Source: an uncultured Geobacter sp. (GTDB lineage: Bacteria; Desulfobacterota; Desulfuromonadia; Geobacterales; Geobacteraceae). From it: 64,000 nucleotides of DNA. The position numbers and the translations under genes are program-made. Positions within the stretch are counted from its first letter, which is position 1; each line of letters opens with the position of its first letter. Shown in pieces: positions 1 to 9,499 of the stretch. Under the pieces are notes generated by a model. The model was not told the origin of the DNA. It was given only the letters and a program-made list of their open reading frames with translations, and did no database searches. The stretch covers positions 23,744 to 87,743 of the forward strand of contig CAZFCG010000002.1 of the NCBI GenBank assembly GCA_964517595.1. The letters are read 5' to 3'.

Positions 1-1
1 T

Positions 2-1198
2 ATACGCACGCGTGACGCAAGCATGGACGAGCTCCTGGGCTCTCTCGCCAATCCCGAACTTCCCCATGAAGAACGTGAAAGGATTGAGCGGGAACTGCAT
101 GAACTGAGGGAAAAAACGGCGGACCTCCTGAAATCCTTGCGACTCAAGGACCGGCATATTGAGAGAATCGCCCAAAGACTGAAGGAACTTGCCGGCAAGG
201 TAGATAGCGTCGCGGAGGAGATCCGGGACCTGGCCGAGGAGAATGGCATACCGTTTGAGGCGCTGATACATGCCTGCCGGTTACCGGCCGGATGCGGAGA
301 AATGCGCGCCCTGATTCAGTCAGAGATTGAAGGCACACGGGAAGATGTTGAGAGGCTGGAGAAAAAGCTCAAGTCCGTGCGTAGGAAACTTGAGAAAGTT
401 GAGCATGAGTCGGGATTTCAGGCCGTTGAACTGGCCAAGGAGATAAAGGCCATAGAAGAAGGGGAGAGGAAGGCCAAGGAAGCCAAGTCCGAACTGGTGG
501 AGGCAAATCTGCGCCTGGTTGTCTCCATCGCGAAAAAATATACCAATCGCGGTCTTCAGTTTCTCGACCTCATCCAGGAGGGGAACATCGGTCTCATGAA
601 GGCCGTTGACAAGTTCGAGTATCAGAGAGGCTACAAGTTTTCCACCTACGCGACATGGTGGATCCGGCAGGCCATAACCCGCGCCATAGCTGACCAGGCC
701 AGGACGATACGTATCCCTGTTCACATGATTGAAACCATCAACAAGCTTATCCGCACCAGTCGTCAGCTTGTTCAGGAGATCGGACGTGAACCGTCGCCTG
801 AAGAGATAGCGGAACGGATGAGTCTCCCTCTGGACAAGGTCCGAAAGGTTCTGAAGATAGCCAAAGAGCCGATTTCCCTCGAAACGCCCATCGGTGAAGA
901 GGAGGATTCACACCTCGGTGATTTTATCGAAGACAAGGGCGTTGTCTCTCCTCTGGAGGCCGTCATCAAGGCAAACCTTTCGGAGCAGACGGCCAGGGTT
1001 CTTTCCAGTCTGACGCCGCGCGAGGAGAAGGTGCTGCGCATGCGTTTCGGTATCGGCGAAAAGAGTGACCACACCCTTGAGGAGGTTGGCCAGAACTTCG
1101 AGGTGACACGTGAGAGGATCCGCCAGATTGAAGCAAAGGCTCTCAGAAAGCTGCGTCATCCGAGCAGAAGCAAGAAGCTGAAGAGTTTCGTGGAATAG
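2..1198 (+). CDS. rpoD: RNA polymerase sigma factor RpoD (sigma-70), N-terminus cut by window edge
   Basis: Frame is open from position 2 (no stop before M at 23). Region 2 [39 protein letters not shown] and [25 protein letters not shown]; region 4.2 [27 protein letters not shown]. Confidence 0.95.
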   Translation: MRTRDASMDELLGSLANPELPHEERERIERELHELREKTADLLKSLRLKDRHIERIAQRLKELAGKVDSVAEEIRDLAEENGIPFEALIHACRLPAGCGEMRALIQSEIEGTREDVERLEKKLKSVRRKLEKVEHESGFQAVELAKEIKAIEEGERKAKEAKSELVEANLRLVVSIAKKYTNRGLQFLDLIQEGNIGLMKAVDKFEYQRGYKFSTYATWWIRQAITRAIADQARTIRIPVHMIETINKLIRTSRQLVQEIGREPSPEEIAERMSLPLDKVRKVLKIAKEPISLETPIGEEEDSHLGDFIEDKGVVSPLEAVIKANLSEQTARVLSSLTPREEKVLRMRFGIGEKSDHTLEEVGQNFEVTRERIRQIEAKALRKLRHPSRSKKLKSFVE

Positions 1199-1220
1199 CT
1201 GTTGCGCTGTCCGTGAACAG

Positions 1221-1254
1221 GGTCGCGTCGAAACATCCGGCGCGGCCTTTTTTC
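1221..1254 (+). terminator. possible intrinsic terminator after rpoD
   Basis: ggtcgcg (1221-1227) pairs with cgcggcc (1241-1247, one G-U), followed by tttttt. The loop is long, so this is weak. Confidence 0.45.
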
Positions 1255-1265
1255 ATACCGAACCC

Positions 1266-2414
1266 ATGGAAAGGCTGGTTAGATGCATGGAGATGGAATA
1301 TTTCGCCACCGCGGCAAAGGGTGTGGAAGAGGTTCTTGCCGCTGAAATCCGTTGTCTCGGAATTCGTGATCCTCTTGTGGAAAAGGGGGGGGTCCGATTC
1401 AGGGGTGATTTGGCCGCGTGCTACAAGGCAAACCTGTGGCTGCGAACCGCCCAGCGAATACTCATGCCGGTTGCCCGGTTCCACTGCGATTCGCCTGAAA
1501 ACCTTTACGATGGGGTGCGATCCGTGCCCTGGGACGACTATCTCACACCGGACATGACACTGGCTGTCTCCTGCAATCTGCGGGATTCTTCCATAACCCA
1601 TTCTGGATTCGCCGCTCTCAAAACCAAGGATGCGATTGTTGATTCCGTCCGGGATTCCAGGGGGCGCAGGCCCAATGTGGACACCGGTGATCCACACCTG
1701 CCGGTCAACGTTCATCTTTCGCGGAACCAATGTACAGTCAGTCTGGACACATCGGGCGCAAGCCTTGACAAACGTGGATACCGGCTGGACACGAAAGAGG
1801 CGCCCCTGCGCGAAACGCTTGCCGCGGCGATTCTGGAACTGTCGGGCTGGGACGGTTCTTCTACTCTTATGGATCCCATGTGCGGTTCAGGCACCATCCC
1901 CATCGAAGCTGCCCTCAAGGCATCCCGTCGCGCCCCGGGGCTGCTTCGTTCACGATTCGCCTTTCAGCGATGGCCCGGCTTTGATGGTTCGCTCTGGCAA
2001 AGAATGCAAGAAGAGGCCGGCGAGCAGGAGCTTGCCGGCCTTGATTTCCCGCTCCGTGGATCCGACTCTTCGGCCGGGGCCATAAAGAACGCCCTGCGCA
2101 ATGCAAGGCGCGCCGGAGTAGGGCGGCTCGCAAGCTTCAGTAACCTGGATTTCGGGGATGCGGTTCCACCCCCTCCTCCGGGAATTGTCATATGCAATCC
2201 CCCCTATGGGGTGAGGTTAAGTGACGAAGAGGCATTGAAGCCTCTCTACGGGAGGCTGGGGGATGTGCTGAAAAGGCGCTTCAGCGGTTACACCGCATAC
2301 CTGCTGGTGGGCAACTCCTCCCTCGCGGCCTGTATCGGGCTCAGGCCATCCCGCAGGATAGTCCTTTTCAATGGACCCATCGAATGTCGTCTCTTGCGCT
2401 ATGAGATGTACTGA
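1266..2414 (+). CDS. THUMP-domain class I SAM-dependent RNA methyltransferase (RlmL/YpsC-like, COG0116)
   Basis: N-terminal YFATAAKGVEEVLAAE and THUMP-like region, MDPMCGSGTIPIEA SAM motif, NPPYGVRL motif IV. True start may be M at 1287 or 1293. Confidence 0.85.
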   Translation: MERLVRCMEMEYFATAAKGVEEVLAAEIRCLGIRDPLVEKGGVRFRGDLAACYKANLWLRTAQRILMPVARFHCDSPENLYDGVRSVPWDDYLTPDMTLAVSCNLRDSSITHSGFAALKTKDAIVDSVRDSRGRRPNVDTGDPHLPVNVHLSRNQCTVSLDTSGASLDKRGYRLDTKEAPLRETLAAAILELSGWDGSSTLMDPMCGSGTIPIEAALKASRRAPGLLRSRFAFQRWPGFDGSLWQRMQEEAGEQELAGLDFPLRGSDSSAGAIKNALRNARRAGVGRLASFSNLDFGDAVPPPPPGIVICNPPYGVRLSDEEALKPLYGRLGDVLKRRFSGYTAYLLVGNSSLAACIGLRPSRRIVLFNGPIECRLLRYEMY

Positions 2415-2625
2415 ACATCCTCGGTTCCTTTGCCTTCAAACAGTAAAGAGTGCGCCGGAAACTGTTCGATAATAGAAATATGTTCTGAAAAATAACATTC
2501 ATTTCCCTCCCGCGTCTTTCCTCTGTTTCTCTCCCCGCTTGCGCTAATCACGGAAAACGTCCCTAAATTGAACATCGTTTTGATTCTTTCCGCCATATCT
2601 GGCCTGACTTTTTTTTATCCTTTCT

Positions 2626-2641
2626 TGGCACCTTAATTGCT
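2626..2641 (+). promoter_or_regulatory. sigma-54 (RpoN) -24/-12 promoter
   Basis: ttGGCACcttaaTTGCt matches TGGCAC-N5-TTGCW with exact spacing. It lies in the 450-bp gap, about 225 nt upstream of ATG 2866. Confidence 0.55.
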
Positions 2642-2865
2642 ACCTACAAAACAACGTTTTGCCTTCCTCGGATTGCCGGTTAATGATTCACGTTCACATT
2701 TGTCTGTTATTTAGAGATGTCGTTGCCGTTCCGAGGTGATGGTTTTTCGGTCAATTTTTATGGAAAGGAGGGTAGCGGTAGTAAGGGTTTGATGTGTTGT
2801 TGATTCTTCATTTCAAAGCTTGTCTTGGTTGGGGAAATCTATTTTTATTGAGGGAGGAAATAAGG

Positions 2866-3402
2866 ATGACATTAGTACTGCTTGCGACAATCGCGATGTT
2901 GTGGTTCCCGATCGGTTTGTTTTACCTTGGCCATGGTGAAGGGCGTACCTGTGGTTTTATTGCCGGTGTTGTTGGAGTAACAACGATCATTGGCGGCCTT
3001 ATGCACGCCACGCCCATGTTCGGCAGCGATGCATTTACAGCTACCCTGTTGATCCCGTTCGGCGTTGTGTACTGCACAATCTGCTATTGCGTTCTGGCGG
3101 GTGTCGAAGACCTGCGATCCTTGGGTTGGCTATGTATCATGATGACTGTTATTCTGGCAATCGCTTCATACTTCTTCTTCACCGGCGCCGGTGTCAAGCC
3201 TGATGGCACGCCGTTTATCGGTGTCAGCAATTTCTTTGGCGCCGCAATGGGTATCTTCGCCATCCTGACGATTGTTATCTGGATGGTCACTTATGGCAAG
3301 GCATCTGCCAAGCTGCTCGGCTGGATGCTTATCATTCTGTCACTGGTCGGACTTATTCTTCCAACGTATTCACTCCTTGGTTACGGCAAGCTGCCTTTCT
3401 AA
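2866..3402 (+). CDS. integral membrane protein, probable AmiS/UreI-family amide/urea channel
   Basis: About 6 hydrophobic helices. By-eye similarity to AmiS/UreI, e.g. GVEDLRSLGWLCIM versus AmiS EVDGKGLGWFCLF. ATG 2866 is preceded by gagggaggaaataagg, so the track start at 2794 is probably too long. Confidence 0.5.
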   Translation: MTLVLLATIAMLWFPIGLFYLGHGEGRTCGFIAGVVGVTTIIGGLMHATPMFGSDAFTATLLIPFGVVYCTICYCVLAGVEDLRSLGWLCIMMTVILAIASYFFFTGAGVKPDGTPFIGVSNFFGAAMGIFAILTIVIWMVTYGKASAKLLGWMLIILSLVGLILPTYSLLGYGKLPF

Positions 3403-3436
3403 TTTTCCAATAGAGTTGTTTTGTCATATCTTGTGT

Positions 3437-3476
3437 CAGCCGCTTCCCATTTTTTGGAGTAAGCGGCTTTTTTTAT
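3437..3476 (+). terminator. intrinsic terminator
   Basis: agccgctt / aagcggct stem followed by a run of T. Confidence 0.7.
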
Positions 3477-3582
3477 TTTTCATGAGAAAATGAATTTGAT
3501 TTTGTTGGGGTACCTGCTAGTATTTTGAGAACGGAAAGCGCGATACGCTATCTGTAAACCAAACATGGAGGGAGACGAATCG

Positions 3583-3855
3583 ATGCCGAAATATGTTATT
3601 GAGAGAGAGATTCCAGGCGCAGGGAACATCGGTCCCGAGGACATGCAGGGGATTTCGCAGAAATCCTGCTCTGTTCTGAAGGATCTGGGTCCCCAGATTC
3701 AATGGGTTCAGAGTTATGTTACCGAGGACAAGATTTACTGCGTCTATATCGCGCCCAACAAGGAGTTGGTGCTGGAGCACGCCAAAAGAGGCGGATTCCC
3801 GGCGAACAGTGTCTCCGAAGTGAAGAGGATGATAGATCCCACAACCGCTGAATAA
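3583..3855 (+). CDS. DUF4242 domain-containing protein
   Basis: MPKYVIEREIPGAG...ISQKSCSVLKDLGPQIQWVQSYVTEDKIYCVYIAP...GGFPANSVSEV..IDPTTAE matches my recollection of the DUF4242 family. Start taken at M 3583. Confidence 0.6.
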   Translation: MPKYVIEREIPGAGNIGPEDMQGISQKSCSVLKDLGPQIQWVQSYVTEDKIYCVYIAPNKELVLEHAKRGGFPANSVSEVKRMIDPTTAE

Positions 3856-3877
3856 CCGACAGGTTGTTATTGTCCGG

Positions 3878-3910
3878 AAAAGGCCCGCAAGGAATGCGCG
3901 GGCCTTTTTT
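3878..3910 (+). terminator. intrinsic terminator
   Basis: aaaaggcccgc / gcgggcctttt 11-bp stem plus T-run. Confidence 0.85.
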
Positions 3911-4092
3911 CATATCCAATGGAGATGTAAGAAGTCATTTCCTGAACGGCTATGGTCGGGGTTAAGCTCGTAACCTTCTGAAATCAATGATGACTGTTAG
4001 ATTCACCCGTGCACGATGTGCCGGATTCGGGCATTTGGTATGCCGCGAAATTCCGTTTCTCCAGACGCCAGTTTGCGTTCTTCCCTTCATTG

Positions 4093-4122
4093 TTGACAAA
4101 ATAGGATGAGATGGGCTAGTTT
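4093..4122 (+). promoter_or_regulatory. candidate sigma-70 promoter (consensus -35, weak -10)
   Basis: TTGACA at 4093-4098, then an 18-nt spacer and TAGTTT. It would start a transcript about 300 nt upstream of rph. Confidence 0.3.
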
Positions 4123-4206
4123 TACCGGCAAATCGCCTGCCTGGTTTCAAGTCGCTCCACAGGCATTGGGTTGGGCGGTAATATTAATACCTGTCCGGGG
4201 TTGGCG

Positions 4207-4395
4207 CCTAAGGAACTGTAAATGGATAGCATGGTCAATATTGCGTTCAGATTCAGTTCAGATTTGGCTGAACAGATTGAACCAAACCGCAGACGTAGCA
4301 GGGCTACGTTGAGGATTTGGTGATTGATGTTCGGTCAAAGATGACCTGAAGATGAGATGCAAGATGCCCATGTTATTTGTTTACAGTTCCTAAGT
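4207..4395. repeat. rod-like inverted-repeat element (candidate sRNA, e.g. 6S-like, or MITE)
   Basis: aggaactgtaaa (4211-4222) is perfectly complementary to tttacagttcct (4380-4391), or 14/16 if extended. Further nested pairings inside (catgg/ccatg, ttgc/gcaa, accaaa/tttggt, cgtagc-aggg-ctacg apical hairpin). Confidence 0.35.
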
Positions 4396-4429
4396 TAAAG
4401 AGGCGTGACGCCCTGATTCTGGAGATTCC

Positions 4430-5146
4430 ATGCGTGTATCCGGTCACGGGGCGGAAAGCCTCAGGGACGTCAGAATATCAAGAAACTATACAAAACATGC
4501 CGAAGGCTCGGTACTGGTTGAGTTCGGTGACACGAAGGTAATCTGTACCGCTTCCATAGAAGAGGGCGTGCCCCCCTTTCTCCGGGGAAAGGGGACCGGC
4601 TGGCTGACCGCTGAATATTCCATGTTGCCAAGGGCGACCCAGACCCGTTCGCCCCGTGAATCTTCCAGGGGGAAAGTGGGTGGTCGCACCCATGAAATAC
4701 AGCGCCTCATCGGCCGCTCTCTCCGGGCCGTAACCGATCTGTCTCTACTGGGTGAACGCACGATTTTTATCGACTGCGACGTTATCCAGGCTGACGGGGG
4801 AACCCGCACCGCATCCATTACCGGAGCATACGTCGCACTCGCGGATGCCGTAGGAAAGATGTGCTCATCCGGCGCTTGCCACGCGTTTCCAGTGAAAGAA
4901 GCGGTTGCCGCGGTGAGCGTGGGAATAGTGGGCGGTGAAATCCTGCTTGATCTCAATTATAAGGAGGATTCCGCCGCTGAGGTTGATATGAATTTTGTCA
5001 TGACCTCATCCAATCGTTTCGTTGAGGTCCAGGGTACCGCTGAAGGAATGCCCTTCGGAATCCGCGAAATGGATGCCATGCGGGACCTTGCCATCCTGGG
5101 TATCACTAGGCTGTTTGATATTCAGAAAAGGGCGCTTGGACAATGA
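4430..5146 (+). CDS. rph: ribonuclease PH
   Basis: [24 protein letters not shown]...[14 protein letters not shown]...[19 protein letters not shown], typical RNase PH. Confidence 0.97.
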   Translation: MRVSGHGAESLRDVRISRNYTKHAEGSVLVEFGDTKVICTASIEEGVPPFLRGKGTGWLTAEYSMLPRATQTRSPRESSRGKVGGRTHEIQRLIGRSLRAVTDLSLLGERTIFIDCDVIQADGGTRTASITGAYVALADAVGKMCSSGACHAFPVKEAVAAVSVGIVGGEILLDLNYKEDSAAEVDMNFVMTSSNRFVEVQGTAEGMPFGIREMDAMRDLAILGITRLFDIQKRALGQ

Positions 5147-5733
5147 AGGAGCTTCTTGTCGCCACCCAAAACAGGGGCAAGCTGACCGAAATTGCCTCAA
5201 TCCTGAAAGGATGTGTCGAAAGGCTTTATTCCCCCTCGGATTTCCCCAATCTTCCCTCCGTGTTTGAGGATGGTGAAACCTTTGAGGACAACGCCCGCAA
5301 AAAGGCCCTCTGCGCCGCGCTTGCCACGGGCCTTCCGGCTTTGGCGGATGATTCGGGTCTGGTTGTGGATGTCCTTGGCGGGCGTCCGGGGGTCTACTCG
5401 GCGAGATTCGCAGGAGACGGAAGCAGCGATGCCCAGAACAATGAGAAGCTGCTCCAGGAACTCAGCAGCGTACCCGCCGTTAAGAGGACGGCGGCGTTTC
5501 ATTGCGCGGTGGCGCTTTGCTTTCCTGAAGGAAACTGCCGGATATTTCGCGGCGAGTTGAAGGGTGTGCTACTTGATCGGCCCAGGGGGCGGGGAGGTTT
5601 CGGCTACGACCCTCTCTTTGTTCCTTCGGGGCATGACAAAACCCTTGCGGAGCTTGATCCGGATATAAAAAACGTAATCAGCCACAGGGGCAAGGCTCTG
5701 GAAAGTTTGCGACAATATCTTTCCCGCGCATAA
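5143..5733 (+). CDS. rdgB: dITP/XTP pyrophosphatase (RdgB/HAM1 family)
   Basis: [51 protein letters not shown]. 4-nt overlap with rph. Confidence 0.95.
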   Translation: MKELLVATQNRGKLTEIASILKGCVERLYSPSDFPNLPSVFEDGETFEDNARKKALCAALATGLPALADDSGLVVDVLGGRPGVYSARFAGDGSSDAQNNEKLLQELSSVPAVKRTAAFHCAVALCFPEGNCRIFRGELKGVLLDRPRGRGGFGYDPLFVPSGHDKTLAELDPDIKNVISHRGKALESLRQYLSRA

Positions 5734-5769
5734 TACTTGCACTCATGGGGAAAGAGCCGGGAAAAAAGC

Positions 5770-5798
5770 TTGCACTCTGATAAACCTCGTGGTATAAA
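5770..5798 (+). promoter_or_regulatory. sigma-70 promoter of the tRNA cluster
   Basis: TTGCAC, 17 nt, TATAAA, with an A-rich tract (gggaaaaaag) just upstream. Ends about 15 nt before tRNA-Pro. Confidence 0.6.
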
Positions 5799-5812
5799 AA
5801 TGCTCTTTTTGT

Positions 5813-5890
<78 letters not shown>

Positions 5891-5894
5891 AGAT

Positions 5895-5971
<77 letters not shown>

Positions 5972-5985
5972 ACTTATGTTTTCAT

Positions 5986-6062
5986 GGTGGCTGTGGTGAA
6001 GCGGTTAACACTAACGACTGTGACTCGTTCATCCGTGGGTTCGAATCCCATCAGCCACCCCA
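5986..6062 (+). tRNA. tRNA-His (anticodon GTG)
   Basis: Extra G-1 paired with the discriminator C, anticodon loop cTGTGac, T-loop ggttcgaatcc, CCA. Confidence 0.97.
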
Positions 6063-6067
6063 TTCAA

Positions 6068-6097
6068 GAAGAGGCCCCGTGACTGCGGGGCTTCTTC
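6068..6097 (+). other. strong 12-bp hairpin between tRNA-His and tRNA-Leu (processing site or U-less terminator)
   Basis: gaagaggccccg / cggggcttcttc (one G-U) with a 6-nt loop. No T-run follows. Confidence 0.3.
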
Positions 6098-6118
6098 ATA
6101 TAGAAAAGGCAATGAGCT

Positions 6119-6201
6119 GCGAGAGTGGCGGAACTGGCAGACGCACTGGACTTAGGATCCAGCGGGCAACCGTGGGGGTTCAACTCCCCCCTCTCGCACC
6201 A
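6119..6201 (+). tRNA. tRNA-Leu (anticodon TAG)
   Basis: Acceptor gcgagag/ctctcgc, anticodon loop cTTAGga, long variable arm, T-loop ggttcaactcc, CCA. Confidence 0.97.
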
Positions 6202-6307
6202 ACCAACCGTCCTTCTATGGACCAGCCCACCGGAAAGCCGTTGTCATTTTCCTGCTTTTTCCTGATATTCACATAGCAAAATACCGAATAATGAGTGAGG
6301 TTATGCC

Positions 6308-7615
6308 ATGCTTGTCACTGTAGAGAATGTGAGCCCTGTAAAAAAGAAGATTTCACTTGAAATTCCGACGGAAGATGTTTCCCGGGAAATCGACAAGGTT
6401 TATGGAGATATCCGTAAAAGCGTTTCCATCAAGGGGTTCAGAAAGGGGAAGGCGCCCTGGCCCGTTATCGAGAAGAATTACAGCGATAGAATGGAAATGG
6501 ATGTCATGAAGAATCTGGTAAACATCACCTATCCGAAAGCCCTTGCCGATAATGGAATCGTGCCGGTCTCGACACCTGAATTTGAAAATGATTCCTTGAA
6601 ACGTGGCGAGCCTTTCAAATACACGGTTACCGTCGAGATTGTCCCGGAGATTGAGCTCAAGGAATACCGTGGCCTCGAGGTGAAGAAGCGCAAGTTTGTG
6701 CCTGATGACGCAGTTATTGATAATCGTGTCAGGGAGATGCAAAACAGCATAGCGCAGCTGAAGTCCATTGAAGAATCCAGGCCTGCCGCGGAAGGGGACG
6801 TTGTCGTCATTGACTTCAGGGGCCTCCTGGATGGTGCGCCTTTTGAACGCGGCGCGGCCGAGAATTATCTGCTGGAACTGGGATCCAGGCAGTTCATTCC
6901 TGGCTTCGAGGACCAGGTTGTCGGTATGTCTGCCGGTGATTCGCGCGAAATTTCAGTCACATTTCCGGAAGACTACGGTTCCGCAGAGCTTGCCGGCAAG
7001 GCCGTTGTCTTCGAGGTGGCCCTTAAGGAAATCAAGGTAAAGGAGCTTCCTCCCCTTGATGATGATTTTGCCCGCATGTTCGGTCCCTATGAAAATATGG
7101 AGCAGTTGAAGTCCAGGATTGCGGAAGTTTTTTCAGCCGAAGAAATCCGGAAGATCGAGAACGAGGTCAGAGACGCTGTTGTGAAGGCGCTCATTGACAC
7201 CCATGATTTTGAGGTCCCCTCCGCCATGGTGGAGAAGCAGTTATCCGTTCTTGTGGAGAACATGAAGCATAATCTGGCCTCCAAGAATCTTACCCTGGAA
7301 CAGATCGGCTCCAGCGAGGATCAGGTCAGGAGCCAGGCCTACAGTGTGGCTGTAAGCCAGGTTAAAGGTTCTTTACTTCTTGCCGCCGTTGCCGATAAGG
7401 AAGGAATACACATTGACGATGCCCAGCTTGAAGAGAAGATGCGGGACATGGCTGTGCAGGCAAACAAGGACTTTGAAGTGATCCAGGGGATCTACCAGAA
7501 AAACCCCTATGCGAAGAATTCCCTTGTCATGCAGTTAAGAGAGGACAAGGCTATCGATTTTCTTCTGAGCCACGCGGCGCTGAAAGAGGTAGAGAGTATT
7601 TCCGAGAAACCCTAA
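6308..7615 (+). CDS. tig: trigger factor
   Basis: 435 aa with N-terminal ribosome-binding GFRKGKAP motif and an FKBP-like middle domain. Sits in tig-clpP-clpX-lon synteny. Confidence 0.97.
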   Translation: MLVTVENVSPVKKKISLEIPTEDVSREIDKVYGDIRKSVSIKGFRKGKAPWPVIEKNYSDRMEMDVMKNLVNITYPKALADNGIVPVSTPEFENDSLKRGEPFKYTVTVEIVPEIELKEYRGLEVKKRKFVPDDAVIDNRVREMQNSIAQLKSIEESRPAAEGDVVVIDFRGLLDGAPFERGAAENYLLELGSRQFIPGFEDQVVGMSAGDSREISVTFPEDYGSAELAGKAVVFEVALKEIKVKELPPLDDDFARMFGPYENMEQLKSRIAEVFSAEEIRKIENEVRDAVVKALIDTHDFEVPSAMVEKQLSVLVENMKHNLASKNLTLEQIGSSEDQVRSQAYSVAVSQVKGSLLLAAVADKEGIHIDDAQLEEKMRDMAVQANKDFEVIQGIYQKNPYAKNSLVMQLREDKAIDFLLSHAALKEVESISEKP

Positions 7616-7636
7616 CGTCTGAAAACGGAGGATGGC

Positions 7637-8233
7637 ATGTTGGTACCCATTGTTGTCGAGCAGAGTGGAAGGGGCGAACGCTCCTATGATATCTATTCGA
7701 GGCTCCTGAAAGATCGGATTGTATTCCTCGGCGGCTCGATTGACGATCACATGGCGAATCTGGTAATCGCTCAACTCCTTTTTCTTGAAGCAGAGGACCC
7801 GGACAAGGATATACATCTTTATATAAACTCACCGGGAGGGGTTGTAACGTCAGGAATGGCAATTTACGACACAATGAGGTACATCAAGGCGCCTGTTTCG
7901 ACAATATGCGTAGGTCAGGCCGCTTCCATGGCCGCGTTGCTGCTGGCCTCGGGTGAAAAGGGGAAAAGATTCAGCCTTACCAACTCAAGAATTATGATTC
8001 ACCAGCCCATGGGGGGGTATCAGGGGCAGGCAACCGATATCCACATCCACGCCCAGGAAATACTGCGCATGAAGCAGACGCTGAACCAGATACTCGCCGA
8101 TCACTCAGGGCAAGCCTTTGAGAAGGTGGCCGCTGATACGGAACGCGATTACTTTATGTCTGGTGAAGAAGCAAAAAGCTATGGTATCATTGACGATATA
8201 ATTTCACGGAATATCATAGCGGGAGGTCCCTGA
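7637..8233 (+). CDS. clpP: ATP-dependent Clp protease proteolytic subunit
   Basis: [28 protein letters not shown] (Ser), MIHQP (His). Confidence 0.98.
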   Translation: MLVPIVVEQSGRGERSYDIYSRLLKDRIVFLGGSIDDHMANLVIAQLLFLEAEDPDKDIHLYINSPGGVVTSGMAIYDTMRYIKAPVSTICVGQAASMAALLLASGEKGKRFSLTNSRIMIHQPMGGYQGQATDIHIHAQEILRMKQTLNQILADHSGQAFEKVAADTERDYFMSGEEAKSYGIIDDIISRNIIAGGP

Positions 8234-9486
8234 TGAACAGACGGGATGACAGATCCAACAATCTTACGTGTTCATTCTGCGGCAAGAGCCAGGATGAGGT
8301 GAAAAAACTCATAGCCGGTCCGACAGTTTATATCTGCGATGAGTGCATAGAGTTGTGCAATGATATTATCGCGGAAGAGACGAAGCTGGAAGAGGCAATG
8401 GGTCCGGACGTAAAAAACCTTCCAAAGCCGCAGGCCATAAAGGAAGTGCTGGACGAATACGTTATAGGACAGGAGCGCGCCAAGAAGATTCTCGCGGTGG
8501 CGGTATATAACCACTATAAGCGGATTGAGATGGAAAAGAAGCCTGGGGACGTGGAGATGCAGAAGAGCAATATTCTGCTTCTCGGACCCACCGGATCAGG
8601 AAAGACACTGCTGGCGCAGACCCTTGCCCGTATCCTCAAGGTGCCGTTTGCCATGGCCGATGCCACCAATCTTACTGAAGCCGGATATGTTGGCGAAGAC
8701 GTGGAGAATATCATTCTAAATCTCCTCCAGGCCTCCGATTATGATGTGGAACGGGCTCAAAAAGGCATTATTTATATTGATGAAATCGATAAAATCGCGA
8801 GAAAGTCAGATTCACCATCCATTACCCGCGATGTTTCCGGTGAGGGGGTGCAGCAGGCGCTCCTGAAGATAATCGAAGGCACAATCGCCAGCGTTCCGCC
8901 GAAGGGTGGACGCAAGCATCCCCAGCAGGAATTTCTGAAGGTTGATACCACGGATATCCTCTTCATATGCGGGGGGGCGTTTTCCGGACTGGATAACATC
9001 ATTCAGCAGCGTATCGGAGTCAAGACCCTCGGTTTCGGTGCTGATGTCAAGAAAAAGATTGAGAAAAAGGCCGGTGAACTTCTCTGTGAGTCGACTCCGG
9101 AAGACCTTTTGAGATTTGGTTTTATCCCGGAATTCATCGGCCGTCTTCCGGTTCTGGCCACTCTCAGCGAGTTGGATGAGGAGGCAATGGTTCAGATCCT
9201 CAAAGAGCCGAAAAACGCTTTAATCAAGCAGTATCAGAAGCTGTTTGAGTTGGAGCATGTGAAGCTGAAGTTTACGGACGGTTCACTGGTTGCTATTGCC
9301 AGGGAAGCGCTGAAAAGGAAAACCGGCGCCAGGGGGCTTCGTTCCATTCTGGAAAATGCCATGCTTGATGTCATGTATGATATCCCTTCGCAGTCCCTAG
9401 TGAAAGAAGTGGTGATACACGAGGATGTTATCTACAACAAGGAAAAGCCGATAATTGTCTATGAAGGAGTGGCGGAATCCGCCTGA
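8233..9486 (+). CDS. clpX: ATP-dependent Clp protease ATP-binding subunit ClpX
   Basis: Zinc ribbon [30 protein letters not shown], Walker [21 protein letters not shown]. Confidence 0.98.
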   Translation: MNRRDDRSNNLTCSFCGKSQDEVKKLIAGPTVYICDECIELCNDIIAEETKLEEAMGPDVKNLPKPQAIKEVLDEYVIGQERAKKILAVAVYNHYKRIEMEKKPGDVEMQKSNILLLGPTGSGKTLLAQTLARILKVPFAMADATNLTEAGYVGEDVENIILNLLQASDYDVERAQKGIIYIDEIDKIARKSDSPSITRDVSGEGVQQALLKIIEGTIASVPPKGGRKHPQQEFLKVDTTDILFICGGAFSGLDNIIQQRIGVKTLGFGADVKKKIEKKAGELLCESTPEDLLRFGFIPEFIGRLPVLATLSELDEEAMVQILKEPKNALIKQYQKLFELEHVKLKFTDGSLVAIAREALKRKTGARGLRSILENAMLDVMYDIPSQSLVKEVVIHEDVIYNKEKPIIVYEGVAESA

Positions 9487-9499
9487 GATGGGATAGTTC

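Noticed and set aside
2399-2596. 65-aa minus-strand ORF in the gap after the methyltransferase gene
   Set aside because: No RBS, it overlaps the methyltransferase stop, and its composition is not protein-like.
4106-4312. 68-aa plus-strand ORF in the rph upstream gap
   Set aside because: Trp/Arg-rich implausible peptide with no convincing RBS. The region is better explained by the inverted-repeat structure.
4411-4428. ccctgattctggagattcc resembling the 5-prime end of tmRNA (ggggctgattctggattcgac)
   Set aside because: There is no tRNA-like 3-prime end or T-loop with CCA downstream. The segment contains the rph RBS and start codon, so the match is coincidental.
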